Below, one piece after another: positions 12,614 to 27,359 of a stretch of DNA of 64,000 nt. The position numbers and the translations under genes are program-made. The stretch spans positions 199,020,001-199,084,000 of the forward strand of contig OZ024743.1 of the NCBI GenBank assembly GCA_964016885.1. The letters are read 5' to 3'. Under the pieces are notes generated by a model that ran no database searches, had not been told where the DNA came from, and saw only the letters and a program-made list of their open reading frames with translations. Position 1 is the stretch's first letter. The number at the start of each line of letters is the position of its first letter. Source of the DNA: Eledone cirrhosa. Lineage: Eukaryota.

Positions 12614-15600
12614 TTACAGACACATACTCAGAGTAGGCCCATTCACTCGGGCCATTCTTGCCTCTCTCACCCATCTTTCAACAAAATGCTGGGAAGAGAG
12701 CACTTCTCTCACTACCCTGATTTTCCTTTTCAAATGAAATTTGAAAAAGTTAATCAGGGCATCACCTAAGAGGTAAGTGCTCGTCTTCAGCCCTTTCAAA
12801 CGTGTCCACCATACTATCTCTTTCGCCATGGCCACCAGACAGATAAAAACTGCCTGCCTTTCTCGGCTAAAGGAAGAGGGCGGGGCAATCCTCACGATGG
12901 ACTCAGCTGATAACTGGATCCGTCCTACACACGACAGCAGGTGTTCGACATAAACCCACAAGTCAGCAATGCTCGGACGCTGGACGGTGCGTGCAGGACG
13001 GTTTCGTCGGCTTGCGCACATTTCGGACTTGCCCGGCTGACGGCACCTCCATGCCTGTAGAGTTTATCCCGAACTAGCAAAGCTCCTCGGTAGCACTGCC
13101 AGGCCAGGGATTTCTGGAAGTTGTCCATAGGCCCCGGCCCGAAAGTTCTTCCGAAGAGATTGGCTAGTTGATTTTCGTCGACGCCTAGAGTTTCCCCAAG
13201 TACGTCGTCGCTCTTCCCCTCCATTAATCCCTTATAGAGCCAAGGTGGAGTTTCCACCGATCACATTGCCCGATTCGTCGAGGACTGTGAGCGCCTGAAG
13301 ACATTCCAGTCTCCAAGCGCTCCCTCTCGGTCTTCGCTTGACCCAGGAGACGAGCTGGGGAAAGACGCGTCTAACAAACGGCGACCACACCTGATCACCG
13401 TCGAGGAAGAGATGGAGATGTCGTAGCCTGAGGGCGTGTCTGCGCATCATCAGCCACGGTATGCCCAACCCTCCACGTAGCGGGTGTTAACAGCAGATGG
13501 ACCGCCTGATCATCGGAGCGCGTCCCTTCCACAAAAAGCGAAAGAGCAAACGCTCCAGCGCAGTCAGGCGGGGCTTAGGACAAGGTACGACGGTCAGGCG
13601 GTAGTAGATGACGGACGCGATGTACGCGTTAGCAACCTCCGCTCGACATTTCAGGGATAGCTTCCTCTCCGCCCATTTCTGGGTGAGAGAAGCCACCCTG
13701 CTCGTCACCTCGTCCCAGCTTTTGTCCGTCTCGAGGTCCGGACCGAACCAGACCGCTACCAATTTAACGGGTCCGTCCGTCCAGCGCCCAAGGACGCTGT
13801 TGGACGGCATGGACCTGCCTCTCCAGGTGCCGAGCTGAAGGTCCACTGACTTTTCCTGGTTGATCATTGCTCCTGTCACCGCTTCGTATTCTCTTAGTGT
13901 AGTGCCGATCGCCTCGATGTCTTTGGCGTTCGACACCACTATGGTGAAATCATCCGCATAAGCTGACACGGATCTTCCGCATCATAGTTCGCGCGATACC
14001 CCCCTTAACGTCTCCAGTTTGTGCAGTAATGGCTCGAGATTCAATACGTACAGGAGGGACGAGAGGTGACATCCTTGGCGGACCGAGTGCATGATGTTGA
14101 ATGGTTCCGAAAGGTGACCGTTCACTCTCATCACAGTGCAGACGTCGCTGTGCATGGCAGCGATCCAGCCTCTGAAGACGGGCCCAAAGCCAGCCGCCCT
14201 CAGGACTGCAGCTAGGTAACGATGGTCGACCCTATCAAAAGCTTTCGACTGATCTAAGGACCCACCCGTGCCAGGTTTCCTAGCTACCCTCTCTACGATG
14301 TATCGCATAAGGTGGAGGTTGTCGTGGATGGATCTGTCGAGAATAGCGCACGTCTGCGCCTCTCCCACCAGACCACCAACGATAAGTGCCAAACTCTTTG
14401 CTAGCACCTTGATCCAAAATCTTGAACTCTGTGTTTAGCAGAGTTATGGGCCTGAAATTATCTATGTTATCCCCCTTGTTCGGATCCTTTCTCAGCAGCG
14501 CCACAGCTCCTCGGCTCACAGAGCTGGGAATTCTCCCGTTCTGTTGCCAGTTGCAGTATACGTCCGCCAAGAGGCCTCCCGAACAAGTCTGGCATCTGTA
14601 CGTAAAGTTCAGAGGGCAGACCATCCAAACCAGGCGATTTACCCCTTGTGCAGCCATTCATTGCCTCCCGTACTTCACCGGCTGTTATCGGCTTTTCGCA
14701 ACACTCCGCCCCAGTTCCCGAGAGCCTCGGCAGTCCGTCGAGGTAGACACTAAATCCATCCCTTGATCCGGCCCGCCCTGCCCTCGAACAGCTGTGCGAA
14801 ATGTCGCTGGAAAGCTTCACACATTTGCCCGGGATCAAGTAGCATGCGCCCGTCGTGGTCCACCAAAGACTGGATCGTGGCTTTGTTGCCACAACGCGCC
14901 TCCGCCACTCGGGCCCATTGAACGGCTTTCGTCCCCTCGTGTCTGAGATCACGCACCCTAGCTCTGACAACGCAGCCTTCGTGCTTTGCATTGAAGAATT
15001 GGTCCATAGCCAATTTCACCGCAAGTACGTCGGTCGCGATGACTTTGCTAAGCGCCTCGTCTAATTTTCTAACTAGTTCTCCCTCTGCTCTATTTTTCTC
15101 TATTGCTAAAGCCTTACTAAACCTAATGGACTCTATTCTAATCGCTCTTTTCAGAGCAAACCACCACTTGCTGTTGACGATGGCCCCCGTCAACGCCCGC
15201 TTAACTAGTTCGCTAATCCGGTCTCTGTAGGCCTTGCGCGCTGGTAAAGACACGTTTAGCTTCCAGTAGCCGGGTCCTCGTTTATGCAGCCTATCTAAGT
15301 CAACCACACAGATCACGACATTGTGGTCCGTGTAGCTGACTATCTTGAATTGAGGACAGCCTATGCTAGACCTATCTATTTCCCTACAAAATACTCTATC
15401 TAGATATGATCCACATTGGCACTTTTGGGAAATCCAATCGGTACCTGTTAGACAGTTCAAAACACCTGAGCCCCTATCCGCTAATCCCACACAGTCCCAG
15501 CGTGCATCTAAGATCCCGTTCCAGTCGCCCACCAACACTAAAGAGCGGGACGTTCCAAGAAAGGTCTCCTGAAGCCGGAAGAAATGAGGCCGCCCTGCAC

Positions 15601-15947
15601 CTGTCGGGGCATAGACGGCCACTATCCTGAAAGCTTGCCCGTCTCCGCTGGTCACGTCCAGCACCACCAACTTACCTTCTGGGTCCAAGAATATGGCCCG
15701 TATGGCGAGATCCAAACCTCTTCGAAAAAGCTAAGCAACTCCTTCCCCCCGATCCAGGACGGCTGGGAGATGCGTACACATCGTAGCCGACGAAGATCGG
15801 TGCGAAGGCCCGTGCTTCGGAGATTCTGGTCTCGCTGATGGCCACTGCATCTATGTTTAGTGAACTGAGGTCGTTGAGCAGGTGGCCCTGCTTCCATGAC
15901 GACCCCAAGCCACGCGCATTTATGCTGCCTATTTTGAGTGAGGTCAT
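12614..15947 (-). pseudogene. Tx1-like ORF2 (APE endonuclease + reverse transcriptase), frameshifted
   Basis: Motifs across successive ORF pieces: MTSLKIGSINARGLG..AISET, VAVYAP, GDWNGILD, LDRVF, YTDH, PGYWKLN, GKSPGLDGLP, NFRPITLLNTEFKIL, LDQSKAFDRVDH, VRQGCHLS, AYADD. Confidence 0.92.
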
Positions 15948-17912
15948 GTTGAAATGGAGTGGAAAAGATGGGAATGACCACTAACCTTACTTCTCGTAGA
16001 GGAAGGACGGTTTCTCCATCCTTTTGACTGCTTGTGGCCTCCTCAGGAAGGATGTCCTTATAAATCCACTTGGAGAGTGCTTGTCCGAAGTCTCCGATGT
16101 CTTTGGGGAATTTTTGTTTTAGTGTCGTGTACGTTTTCTGTGTGATGCGAGTGATTTGTATGTGTGAAGGTGGTGTGAACTTTTGGGTTGCTGTGTAGTC
16201 TTTTTCTGTGATGCTGGTGTTGTGTTGGATGTAGTGTAATAATTGGTTGTTCAAATTTAATGCTGTGTAGTGTGTATCGTTTTGGTTGTTTTGTTTTGTT
16301 TGCGTTTGTTGTGGGTTTGTTTCTGTTTCGCATTTTGGTGACTTTTGTGGTGTTGGTGATGGTGGTGTTGGGGTTAATGATGGTGATGGTGTTGTGTTTG
16401 TGGTGATGGGGTTGGTGATGCTGGTGTGGATGGTGGCATATCTGCCCTAACTTTTTTGTTTGATAGTTTATTTGTTTCCCTCTGTATTTTGTTTTTGGAG
16501 GGGGAGGGAAGATAACTTTTTCTTTTTTGGTTTCTTTTTTTCTTTTTTCCTGATACCGTTTCCCACTTCTCGTCCTCACAATCTGTCTCCATTTGTGATA
16601 GGCCGGGGAGTGGAAAATCCTCCACAGGCGTTTGTTTTGGTTGTGGCGTGGTGGATCGTGGATGGTGTAGGAGCTGGTGATAGTTCTGGCGCGTTGATTG
16701 GTGGTGGTGTTGGTTTTGCTACTGTTGCTGTGGTTGTTGCTGCTACAGTTTCTTCTCTTGTTGCTTCTACAGTTGTTGCTGCCATCTCTGCTGCTGGTGG
16801 TGTTGATGGTTGAGTCACTGGGGTGGGTAAGAGAGGTGGCTTTTACTTTTTAGCCTGAGGACAGAAAGCCCTTAGGTGGGTTCCTTCACCACAAACGACA
16901 CACCTAGGCCTTCTACCCTTGACGATTAAGGTGAGGTCTAATACCTCTGGGATCTCCTCAATGTTTTTTCGGTCCGCTTGGATCAGGAGTTCCATCCCAG
17001 ATCCGGACCAGTTCTCCTGCTTTTCTTTTGCTATTTCTATTATTTTGGTGTTGGCCTCGATGCCGGCGAGGACGGCAGCCATTTGTCAGGGAATTTCGAT
17101 GGCCGGGTGAATGTGGGTCACCCTGATCTTTACGAGTCTCTGGCCACAATAGGTTGGGACGAGTGTGAAGTCGTCGCTTCTTAATGGGGCCATGGAGTGC
17201 TCTCTGGCCTCCTGTGGTGTTCCAAAGAACAGGTCTACTGTTCCATATTTCTGCCCACGTCTGATGTGGGTTTCTTTTCCACACATGTCCCAAAGCTTTT
17301 TGGATTTGGGACACGGATGCCCGTTCCACTCGGCGCAATTTAATGTTAATCGTTCGATAGGACACGGTGCATAGGCGGCGATGCTCCATTTTATTTGGTG
17401 GAGGAGGGTGTGAGGCTGACCCTGTACCCATATTTCTTTACCATTCTCTTGGCTTCATCTAATTCCTCCTGAGTTACCTGGATTGTTTCGCATTTTGTGG
17501 CTGCTTCAGCAAATGACACGATGTTGTTATTCGCATTGTTGTTGTTGCTGTTGTTGTTATTGTTACTTTTGTTATTGTTATTTTTAGTTTCAGTTGTGGT
17601 CGTGGTGGCGTCAGTGGTGTTCGGTGTGGAAGAGTCCATTCTGGGTGAATCCATTTCGATGTCACAAGATAATTTTTTTTCTTTTGTTTCTGTTGTCGCT
17701 GTGGTGGTGGTGGTGGCGGCGGCGGCTTTTACACCTGCAGTCATTGGTAATGGCGGGAAATGAATGTCTGCCTGAGACAAATTTAAAATATTGCTACTGC
17801 TTATATTTTTAGTGTTGGCAAACGTAGTAATATTTACAATGGTGGTGTCGGAGTGAGGTGTTAGTTTGTGAAGAAGGCTCTCAGCTACTGGGTTCAGTTG
17901 TGAGTCGGCCAT
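15948..17912 (-). pseudogene. Tx1-like ORF1 (gag-like nucleic acid-binding protein), frameshifted
   Basis: ATG at 17912 (MADSQLNP..), CX2CX4HX4C knuckle CVVCGEGTHLRAFC near 16860-16905, low-complexity T/P/K-rich linker upstream of ORF2. The 3' limit is uncertain. Confidence 0.75.
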
Positions 17913-18126
17913 GATTTTTCAAAGAAATTTTTTTTGTTTGATAATTATAAAAATTTAAATTTTGGGCTCAAGGCCCCAATCTTTTTGAGTGTCCTTTTCC
18001 GAAAGCAAATTTTGTGACTTTATAAACAGTTAACAACAAAAATTTTCCATAAATGGCAATTTTAAACAAACGAAAACAACAAACTTTGCAGAGCTAACGA
18101 TGATACGATTTCCTACGTAGGTTACC

Positions 18127-18333
18127 AATAATAATAATAATAATAATTGTTTCTACTTTTGGCACAAGGCCAGCAATTACCCAGTACATTACTGGTACTT
18201 TATTTCATCGACCCCGTAAGGATGAAAGGCAAAGTTAACCTCGGCGGGATTTGAACTCAGAATGGCAAGGGCCGTAACTCTATGCGTCAAAGCATGGCGT
18301 CCGACCCTCTACCGATACTGCCAGTCCACCGCC
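18127..18333 (-). mobile_element. Full-length main-family tRNA-derived SINE
   Basis: Minus strand: ggcggtggactggcagtatcggtag (A box-like), ctgagttcaaatcccgcc (B box), gcctttcatccttacggggtcgat body, and an (ATT)n tail abutting the Tx1 5' end. Confidence 0.9.
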
Positions 18334-18351
18334 ATAATAGTAATAATAATA

Positions 18352-18382
<31 letters not shown>

Positions 18383-18711
18383 GGAGGAGGAGGAGGAGGA
18401 GGAGGAGGAGGGGGGGGGGATATGAGGAGGAGGAGGAGGAGGAGGAGGAGGAAGAGGAGGAAGAGGAGGAGGAGGATGAGGAAGAGGAGGATGACGAGGA
18501 GGAGGAGAAAGAGGAGGAGGAGAAGAAGAAAAGGAGGAGGAGGAGGAGGAGGAAGACAAGGAGGAGGAGGAGGAGGAGGAAGACGAGGATGAGGAGGGGG
18601 AGGAGGAGGAGGAGGAGGAGCAAGAGGAGGAGGATTTGGATGATGATCATGTTCATGATCCTGATGATTATGATTATGATGTTGATGATGATGATGATGT
18701 TGTTGATGGTA

Positions 18712-18752
<41 letters not shown>

Positions 18753-18950
18753 GATGAGGAGGAGGAGGAGGAGGAGGAGAGGAGGCGGATTTGGATGATG
18801 ATCATGATGACCATGATGACCAATGCTCGTGATGATGTTGATGATGGTGATGATGATGGTGGCGACGGCAGCGACAGTGGTGATGGTGCTGATGATGAAG
18901 ATCATAATGATCAATATGATAATAACAATATCAACAAAAACAATAACAAT
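18334..18950. repeat. (AAT)n/(GAT)n/(GAG)n trinucleotide low-complexity block
   Basis: Direct inspection. Similar (CAT)n/(GAT)n blocks at 19893-20480, 20895-21060 and 40740-41070. Confidence 0.9.
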
Positions 18951-19430
18951 AATGGTTTCCTTTATTTGCCACAAGGGCCGACCTTTAGGGGACAATACAA
19001 AGATACGGACAGTAGGGGTTTACAAAACAATATTATCGAGTAAAAATACACAATAAAAAAAATCCAATTCAACAATGAAAAAATACATATATAAATAAAC
19101 AATAACAACAATAATTGTTTCTACTTGTAGCACAAGGCCAGCAATTATCCCAGTGCATTACTGGTACTTTATTTTATCGAACCCGTAGGGATGAAAGGCA
19201 TATTTAACCTCGGCGGGATTTGAACTCAGAATGGCAAGGGCCGTAACTCTCAATAACAACAATAATGATTTCATTTATTGGCCACAAGGGCCGACATATA
19301 AGGGACAATACAAAATACTTGACAGTGGGGGTTTACATATATACAACGGGTAAACAATATAAATAACAATAACAAAATAACAATAAAAAGAACAACAAAT
19401 GTTACAACAACAACAAAAACAACAAATTTA
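18950..19430 (-). mobile_element. Array of a Tx1-like 3' end, a 5'-truncated SINE and another Tx1-like 3' end
   Basis: Two short segments (~18950-19095 and ~19262-19430) end on the minus strand in gtattgtccc..gtcggcccttgtgg(c/cc)aa..aaa..gaaa.cattatt, resembling the Tx1 3' UTR end. A SINE piece lies at 19108-19250. Confidence 0.6.
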
Positions 19431-19714
19431 TTGTTTTTTTTTATGACATATTTTTTAAGGAGCCCATTATTTAGGTATTGGGATATTAAAAGTAAAACTA
19501 GACTTCGGATACATCCATCTTTCAGAGACTCCATATTAGAATCCGAATATCTCAACACAGAAATTTAGATGATAAACTTGTAAGATTAGTGAGATGAAGG
19601 TTTTTTCTTTGTTTGTTTTAGCTTTCGTTCGTTTTTTTTTTTTTTACAGTTTTGCTTGTGTTTCATTTTTTTGTAATTGTTTTTATTTTTTTTTTCCTTT
19701 CAGCCCAGGTCCTA

Positions 19715-19824
<110 letters not shown>

Positions 19825-19893
19825 TATCGTCTGATAGGAGTTGGGTATAGGAAGACAAAGCTGGAGGATACAGTAATAAGCAATCTTACTGTG

Positions 19894-19927
<34 letters not shown>

Positions 19928-20195
19928 TAGTTTTATCATCATCATTGTCATCATAATCTTCATCATCGTCATCATTATTATTATTATTGTCATAACCATT
20001 ATCAGCATCCTCCTCATCAGCATCTCATCAATCATCATCAGCATCATCAGCATCATACCCTCATCAATCATCATGATCACCTTCATCATCATCATAATCC
20101 TCATCACCAACATCATCATCATCATCATCATCATTATCATCCTCATCATCATCGTCATCCCTCGTCATCATCATCATCAACATCATCACCATCAC

Positions 20196-20230
<35 letters not shown>

Positions 20231-20539
20231 ACATCGTCATCGTGGTCGTCATCATCATCACCCTCATCATCATCATCACCCTCATCATCATCACCCTCAC
20301 CATCATCACCATCACCCTCATCATCATCATCATCCTCATCATCATCGACAATGTTATCCATATTACTATCAGCATCACTGCCATCATCATGATCATCATC
20401 CTCATCAATCATCATCATCATCATCATCATCATCATTACCATCACCACTCATAATCATCACCATCATCATCATCAGCAGCAGCAGCTGCAGTAGCAGGAG
20501 CAACAGAAGCAGCAATACTACCTCTAATATCATCTACAT

Positions 20540-20753
20540 CAGGGATGTGAAACATGTGGTCCGCAGGCCGTATGCAGCCCTTTTTCAAGCACACCTGCGG
20601 CCCGCACAAAGGCTTTTACAGCGCGAGCATGTTTTATCTTCGTAATATAAAATGAAAAATATGTTGTAATGTGCGCATAGTTGTCGTGTGTGACCCTCAG
20701 AGAACACATATGTGACCCATGTGACCCATGTGACCCTCAGTTTGACATGCCTG
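20540..20753. mobile_element. hAT-like MITE
   Basis: Imperfect TIRs CAGGGATGTGAAAC / GTTTGACATGCCTG; 8-bp TSD atctacat / atctacac. Confidence 0.8.
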
Positions 20754-21300
20754 ATCTACACTACCTCCAACATTACAAACACACCAACACACATCCTAAA
20801 CCTCACGGGTAACAGCACTACTATCATTGTCATCCACATCATTACATCCAACCACAATAAATACAGCAATGCACACACACACATATATAATCATCACTAC
20901 CACCTTCATCATCACCAACATCACCACCATCATTATCATCATCATCATCATCATCATCATCACCATCACCATCATCACCAACATCATCATCATCATCATC
21001 AGCATCATCATCATCATCATCATCAACAACCACATCATTATTAGCATCAGCATCATAGTTATTATGGTTATCATCAGGGTTGGATATAGACCTTGTGGGG
21101 CCCGGGGCACTACAGGTTTTGTTATTTCTTTTTTTTTGGGGGGGGGGGGGGGGGGCTCATATACAAAAAATTAGAATATACACCCCCCAATTTTACATAT
21201 CAAAGTTAGCTTGGCGCAAGTAAATGGAATTGAAAAATTATACATACAGGGATTAAATTCAAAAATTCTAACCATCCTAAAACTAAAAAGCCCAAATATA

Positions 21301-21399
<99 letters not shown>

Positions 21400-23068
21400 C
21401 ATCGCTCTCTTTCTCTCTGCATGAAATTGGTTGCGTCCCGTACCGAAGAGAGATGTGCTCCACCAACAATAAAATACCCAAGACACGCTGTGTCATGATG
21501 GCCCCCTTACGATTCCTTTAGGAATTAAGAGCCACTGAGATTTTTTAAGATATATTAGATGATAATGGCCAGGAATCGGAGATAATCACGACTGGAATAA
21601 TTTTAATCAGGGGTCTGTTCAATTAGTGTTGATATAGCTGACGTCTAACCCATTCTAGCGTGGAAAAATGGACGTTAAACGATGATGATGATAGCTAGGA
21701 TTTGAACCGAGGACGTAACAGAAAAACACAAAATATTTTAAACTGACGCTCTAGCGATTATGCTAATCAACCACTCTACCTACATTGGATAATAAGAGCA
21801 GAAAAGAAAGCCTTAGAGCAACTAATCTTGTGATTTCGATGATTAGCACTCAAATATTTCCGGGATAGATTTATCACTTCGAGTCTCAATAAAATAAATA
21901 TATAGCAGATCTATACTGTTATTGTATTCACTTGTCTATACTTCTTATCAAAATATATTGCCTTCCTTGCATGTATTGAAAATAGATCAATATATTTTAG
22001 ATAAAATAAATAAAAAACATTAACCTTTCCATGATTCCACAACTGAATGTCTCCTCTTAAGTAGTGCTATATCATTCTATCCTAGATTGCGAATTGGCAG
22101 AGTAGTTAGAAAGTCGGCTAGAATGCTCTATCGTCCAAGTTTCTGCACTCTGAGTTCAAATCCCACCGCAGTCATCTTTGCTTTTCATCCTTTCGAAGCC
22201 GATAAAAATAGTACCAATGCAGTGCTAAAGTCAATTCTTTCTCTATAACATTTTCTCACAGCCCATCTTCTCTGGAAGAAATTTGTTGTGTTCTGACCTA
22301 GAAATCGGGATGGGATCCGCTAGATTACAAATAAATGTCCATGCCACCTCGTATGAACACTCACCGTCGAAACACACGGAAATCCAACACCCATCATTGA
22401 TCAATTATAAAATATTGTTACCTTTAGCATCTCAGAATTAAACTCTCGAACAATGAAAAAAAATGTTTAAACTTAAATTAAATGTATTCGCCCACTTTCT
22501 TTTAACATTCCTTAATTTGGTTCCTGGTCTTTTACATTCCGTTTCCTCAATATTTACCAATGTTTTCAGTTTACTCATTCACACCCGACAATTTATTCCA
22601 ATTGCGATTTGTTTTCTTCTTTTTAGTGTTTTGCTTTTTTTTTTTGTTAAACGCAATCTGTTTCTATTTCTTGCTCTCCTCCGGGCAGACTCGTTAAAAC
22701 GTCGGGAAAAGGCTAAGCGTCATTTAGTTACGACCCTAGATGTTCTGAGTTAAAATACGCCGAGATCAACTTTGCTTTTCATTCTTCCAAGGTTGAAAAA
22801 TAAAGTACCACTCAAGTACTGGGTCAAAGTAATAGATTTCTCTACCCCAAAATTATTGGCCTAAATTAGAAACCATTTCTTACACACACCCTGCTTTCTC
22901 TATCTGTTTATCTTTCTATCTATAAATATCTATCTATCTCTATATATATAAAGAGAGAGAGAGAGAGAGAGAGAGGGGTAGAGAGAGAGGTGGGGAAAGA
23001 ACTTGCGATGCTGCGATCAAGGAGACCACTATGTGTGTATAATAATACATGGAGAGATGTAAAGTAGG

Positions 23069-23117
<49 letters not shown>

Positions 23118-23579
23118 GTGTGTGTGTGTGTATATATAATGAAAAACATAAAGGGATAGATAGATAGATACATATATATATAGCTATACACGGCAGTAAA
23201 CAAAGTAGTAAAGAATACTAGGTTTTTTTTAATGACTTGGGTATTTATTTATTTCGAAGAACTAGAAATATTGATATGTTGTGAACCAAACAACAACTCA
23301 ACAAGAAAAGAAATGTGAAGTAGATGAAGATGTAAAAGAAAAAAATAAATATGCAATTATATATAGAAGATAGTAAACAAACGTAAAAAACTAAACAGGA
23401 ACTAAAAAAAAAACTATCAATAACATTTATTGATTCTTGGAGAAACAAGGTGTAGAGTATGTCATAGAGAAACAGAGACAGGTTTAGAGAGGGATGAGAG
23501 AGAGGGTGAGAGAGAAAGAGCGTGTGCGTTTGTGTGTGAACAAGGAGAGAGAGAGAAAGAGAGAGAGAGATAGAGAAAT

Positions 23580-23620
<41 letters not shown>

Positions 23621-23764
23621 AGAGATACACTTCTAAACGACTTTTTCACACCTTAACACCTTATAACCTTGTACTGTTCGGTTAGTGTTGTTGGTACCGT
23701 TGTGAAATATAGATAGATAGATAGATATAGATAGATAGATAGATAGATATAGATAGATAGATAT

Positions 23765-23833
<69 letters not shown>

Positions 23834-23940
23834 CAAATATCAAAGACGGTGGGGTGATAATAAAGAGGATGAGGAAATACAAAAAAGAAAGAGACAAAGA
23901 GATACAAATTGAGTAAATATTGATAGAAAACTATATATAG

Positions 23941-24047
<107 letters not shown>

Positions 24048-24117
24048 AGAGCTAAATTAATAGAAAATAGTGTGAGAAAGATAGAGGGGTAACAGAGATA
24101 GAGAGAAAGAGAGAGAG

Positions 24118-24210
<93 letters not shown>

Positions 24211-24321
24211 CGAAAGGGGAAAAGAGGATAAAGACAGGTATGCAAACAAGGAGGAGAGATAAAAAAAAAAAAAAGATGACGATTGTGGTAATGATGTTTA
24301 AAATGGTGATAATGATGATAT

Positions 24322-24375
<54 letters not shown>

Positions 24376-24564
24376 CACTGGTGGTGGTGGGCTGCAAAAG
24401 GTGACTGAGAGAAAAGTGTGAAGCTGGAAAAAGGTGAGAGTATATTTTATTAAAAGTCAGGCTGAGGCACCAAACTGAATGTAACTAACAGGAGAGGTGC
24501 CGAAGTTGTTTGATAAAAGTTGCATCATGCAGAGGTGACGGTGGGGCGGCCAGTCAATATCTAT

Positions 24565-25355
24565 ATATGTGTGCATTTATTTGTGTGTGTGTATGTTTGT
24601 TTTTGTGCCTGAATGTTTGTATTAGTGTGTCTGTCTGTGTGCTTGTATGTGTGCGTGTATTTTTGTATTTGTGTGTTTGTGTGTGTGTGCTTATATGTGC
24701 TTCTATATGTGTGTGTTTATGTGTGCTTGTATTTCAGTGTGTATGTTTGTGTGTGTTTATGTGTGTGTGTGTGTGTGTGTTTATGTGTTTCTATTTGTGT
24801 GTGTGTTTGTTTATGTGAGCTTATATTTGTGTGTGTGTTTATGTGTGCTTGTATATGTGTGCGTGTGTGGGTGTGTGTTTATGTGTGCTTGTATTTGAGT
24901 GTGTGTGTTTGTGTGTGTTTATGTGTGTTTCTATTAGTGTGTGTGTTTGTGTGTGTGTTTATGTGTGTTTCTATTAGTGTGTGTGTGTGTGTTTATGTGA
25001 GCTTGTGTTTGTGTGTGTGTTTGTGTGTGCGTTTCTGTGTGGTTGTATTTGTGTGTGTTTGTGTGTGTGTGTTTATGTGTGCTTGTATGTGGTTGTGTGT
25101 TTTTTTTTTGTATGCTTGTATCTGTGTGTGTTAATGTGTGCTTGAATGTGTGTGTGTTTGTGTGTGTGTTTATGTGTGCTTGTATGTGTGTGTGCGTGTA
25201 TGTTTGTGTGTGTGTTTATGTGAGCTTGTATTTGTGTGTTTGTGTGTGCGTTTATGTGTTCTTGTATTTGGGTGTGTGTTTGTTTATGTGTGCTTGTATG
25301 TGTGTGTTTGTGTGTGTGTTTATGTATGGTTGTATTTATGTGTGTGTGTGTATGT
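24565..25355. repeat. Degenerate GT-rich minisatellite (gtgtgtttatgtgtgcttgtattt-like units)
   Basis: Recurrent tttatgtgtgcttgta / tttatgtgagctt motifs in a (GT)n background. Confidence 0.85.
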
Positions 25356-25477
25356 CTATATATGAAGTTGTTAACTTGTGGTGGAGGGATGGGGTGAGTG
25401 AGAGGAAATAAAAGTACATCAATAGACAGAATATAGCAGAAAGAGGAGAGAGAAAGAGAGAGAAAGAGAGAGAGAGG

Positions 25478-25550
<73 letters not shown>

Positions 25551-25724
25551 AGTAGGCATGAGATACAAAGGGGGGAAGTAAATAAGAGGATATATACAAC
25601 AAAACAACAAATACAACCACACGCATACACACACAGACACACACGCACACAGACGCACACAGACACACATATATATGATAAATATATCAGTGTGTGAAAT
25701 ATATCATGATTATGTATGCATCTG

Positions 25725-25799
<75 letters not shown>

Positions 25800-26021
25800 A
25801 TTTGTATATATATATATATATATATATATGTTTGTATGTATGTGTATATATAAATATATATGATATACCTGTATTGTTTTTGTGATGTTTTGTTAAGAGA
25901 GAGAAGGGTAATTAGTGTTAGTGTTCGTGCACAGTAATTCTTCCATTGTATATATTTATATGTGTCTGTGTGTGTGTGTGCGTGTGTGTGTGTATGTGCG
26001 TGTGTGAGTGTGTGTGTGTAT

Positions 26022-26119
<98 letters not shown>

Positions 26120-26935
26120 TCTTATACATATATACTTATATTTGTGTGTGTTTGCGGGCACGTACTATGAGTGTCGTGCATGTTACATACAAAAATATAA
26201 ATGCAACCAGGCACATACTAACATACAGTATATGTATTGAAAGCAGCGATATTTTTGTATGAATGATGAGTTAAAAAATAAATAACATGAAATAATTTAG
26301 TAGATTTTTATGTGCAGGATAAAAGATCAGTTTCTTAATCAATTAAAGAGTTTCGGTGTCGGCTGAATTCTTCATTGATAATCCAATAAAGCGAAAATGG
26401 TAACGAATTAATAGAGTCAACGAAGAACAAGAAAAACACAAAGGTCACATCAATTTTCAATTAATTTCAATTAAGTATATCCTCTTACACTTCTTAGTAC
26501 CTGCGCTTCGTTTTGTTGTTGGAAGAACTTGTTTTTTTTTCCCTCATATTTCTGTTGTTGATGTTATTGTTGTTGAAGGTGAAAGTGAATGTGTTACTGT
26601 TACAGTGGTTATTCTTTTATGTTGCTGTTTATGTTGATGGTAGCCGTCCATTTGTAATTGTTGAATCTGTTGTTGTTTTGTTGTTGTTGTTCTTGTTGTT
26701 GTTGTTGTTGCTGCTGGTGTTGATGTTGTTGTTGCTGCTGGTGTTGATGCTGGTGTTGCTGCTGGTGTTGATGCATGCGTAAGTGCCGTTGTTGTTGTTT
26801 ATGTTGATGGTCCTGGTGCATTTGTTCCTGTTGTTATTATTGTTATTATGTTTACTAGAGTTGTTCTTGTTGCTGTTGTACATGTATTACTGCTGTTGTT
26901 GTTGTTTAGATTGGCAATAGCGATACATATGTGAC

Positions 26936-26976
<41 letters not shown>

Positions 26977-27359
26977 TTGTTGTTAATGTATTCATTGTTT
27001 TTAATACCAGTTTTGAAATTGGAGTTTCTTTTTTTCTATATTGTTATTACCGTTAGATGGTAATGTTGTGGTGACGATGATGAGGAGAGTGGGAGTGACA
27101 GTGGTGGTGGTTGTTGTGGTGGTGGTGATGATGGTGTGAGTGGTGGTTATAGTTGTTGTTAGTGAGGCCAGTGGTAGTGGTGGTGATAAGAGGAGTAGGA
27201 GAGACAGTGACGGTGGTTGTGGTGATAGGAGTGGAGGGGTTCATAGTGGGGTTGGTGAGGTACTTTCTATATTCTCTTGTTTCACACTCATGTATGTCTG
27301 ATTAAGTAAACCTTTAATCAAAAGGTATTCCACTCATGACATTCTAGTTTTATTATTTA

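Larger units (their letters stand above)
12300..18126 (-). mobile_element. Near full-length, decayed Tx1/L1-clade non-LTR retrotransposon
   Basis: 5' UTR, ORF1 with zinc knuckle, ORF2 with AP-endonuclease and RT, ~250-bp 3' UTR and an (ATT)n tail. (AAT)n tracts on both sides. Many frameshifts. Confidence 0.93.

Noticed and set aside
12181-18230. ~110-bp SINE 3' sequence on both sides of the Tx1 as a giant target-site duplication or LTR
   Set aside because: The two copies differ at several positions and belong to an abundant SINE family; independent insertions are more parsimonious.
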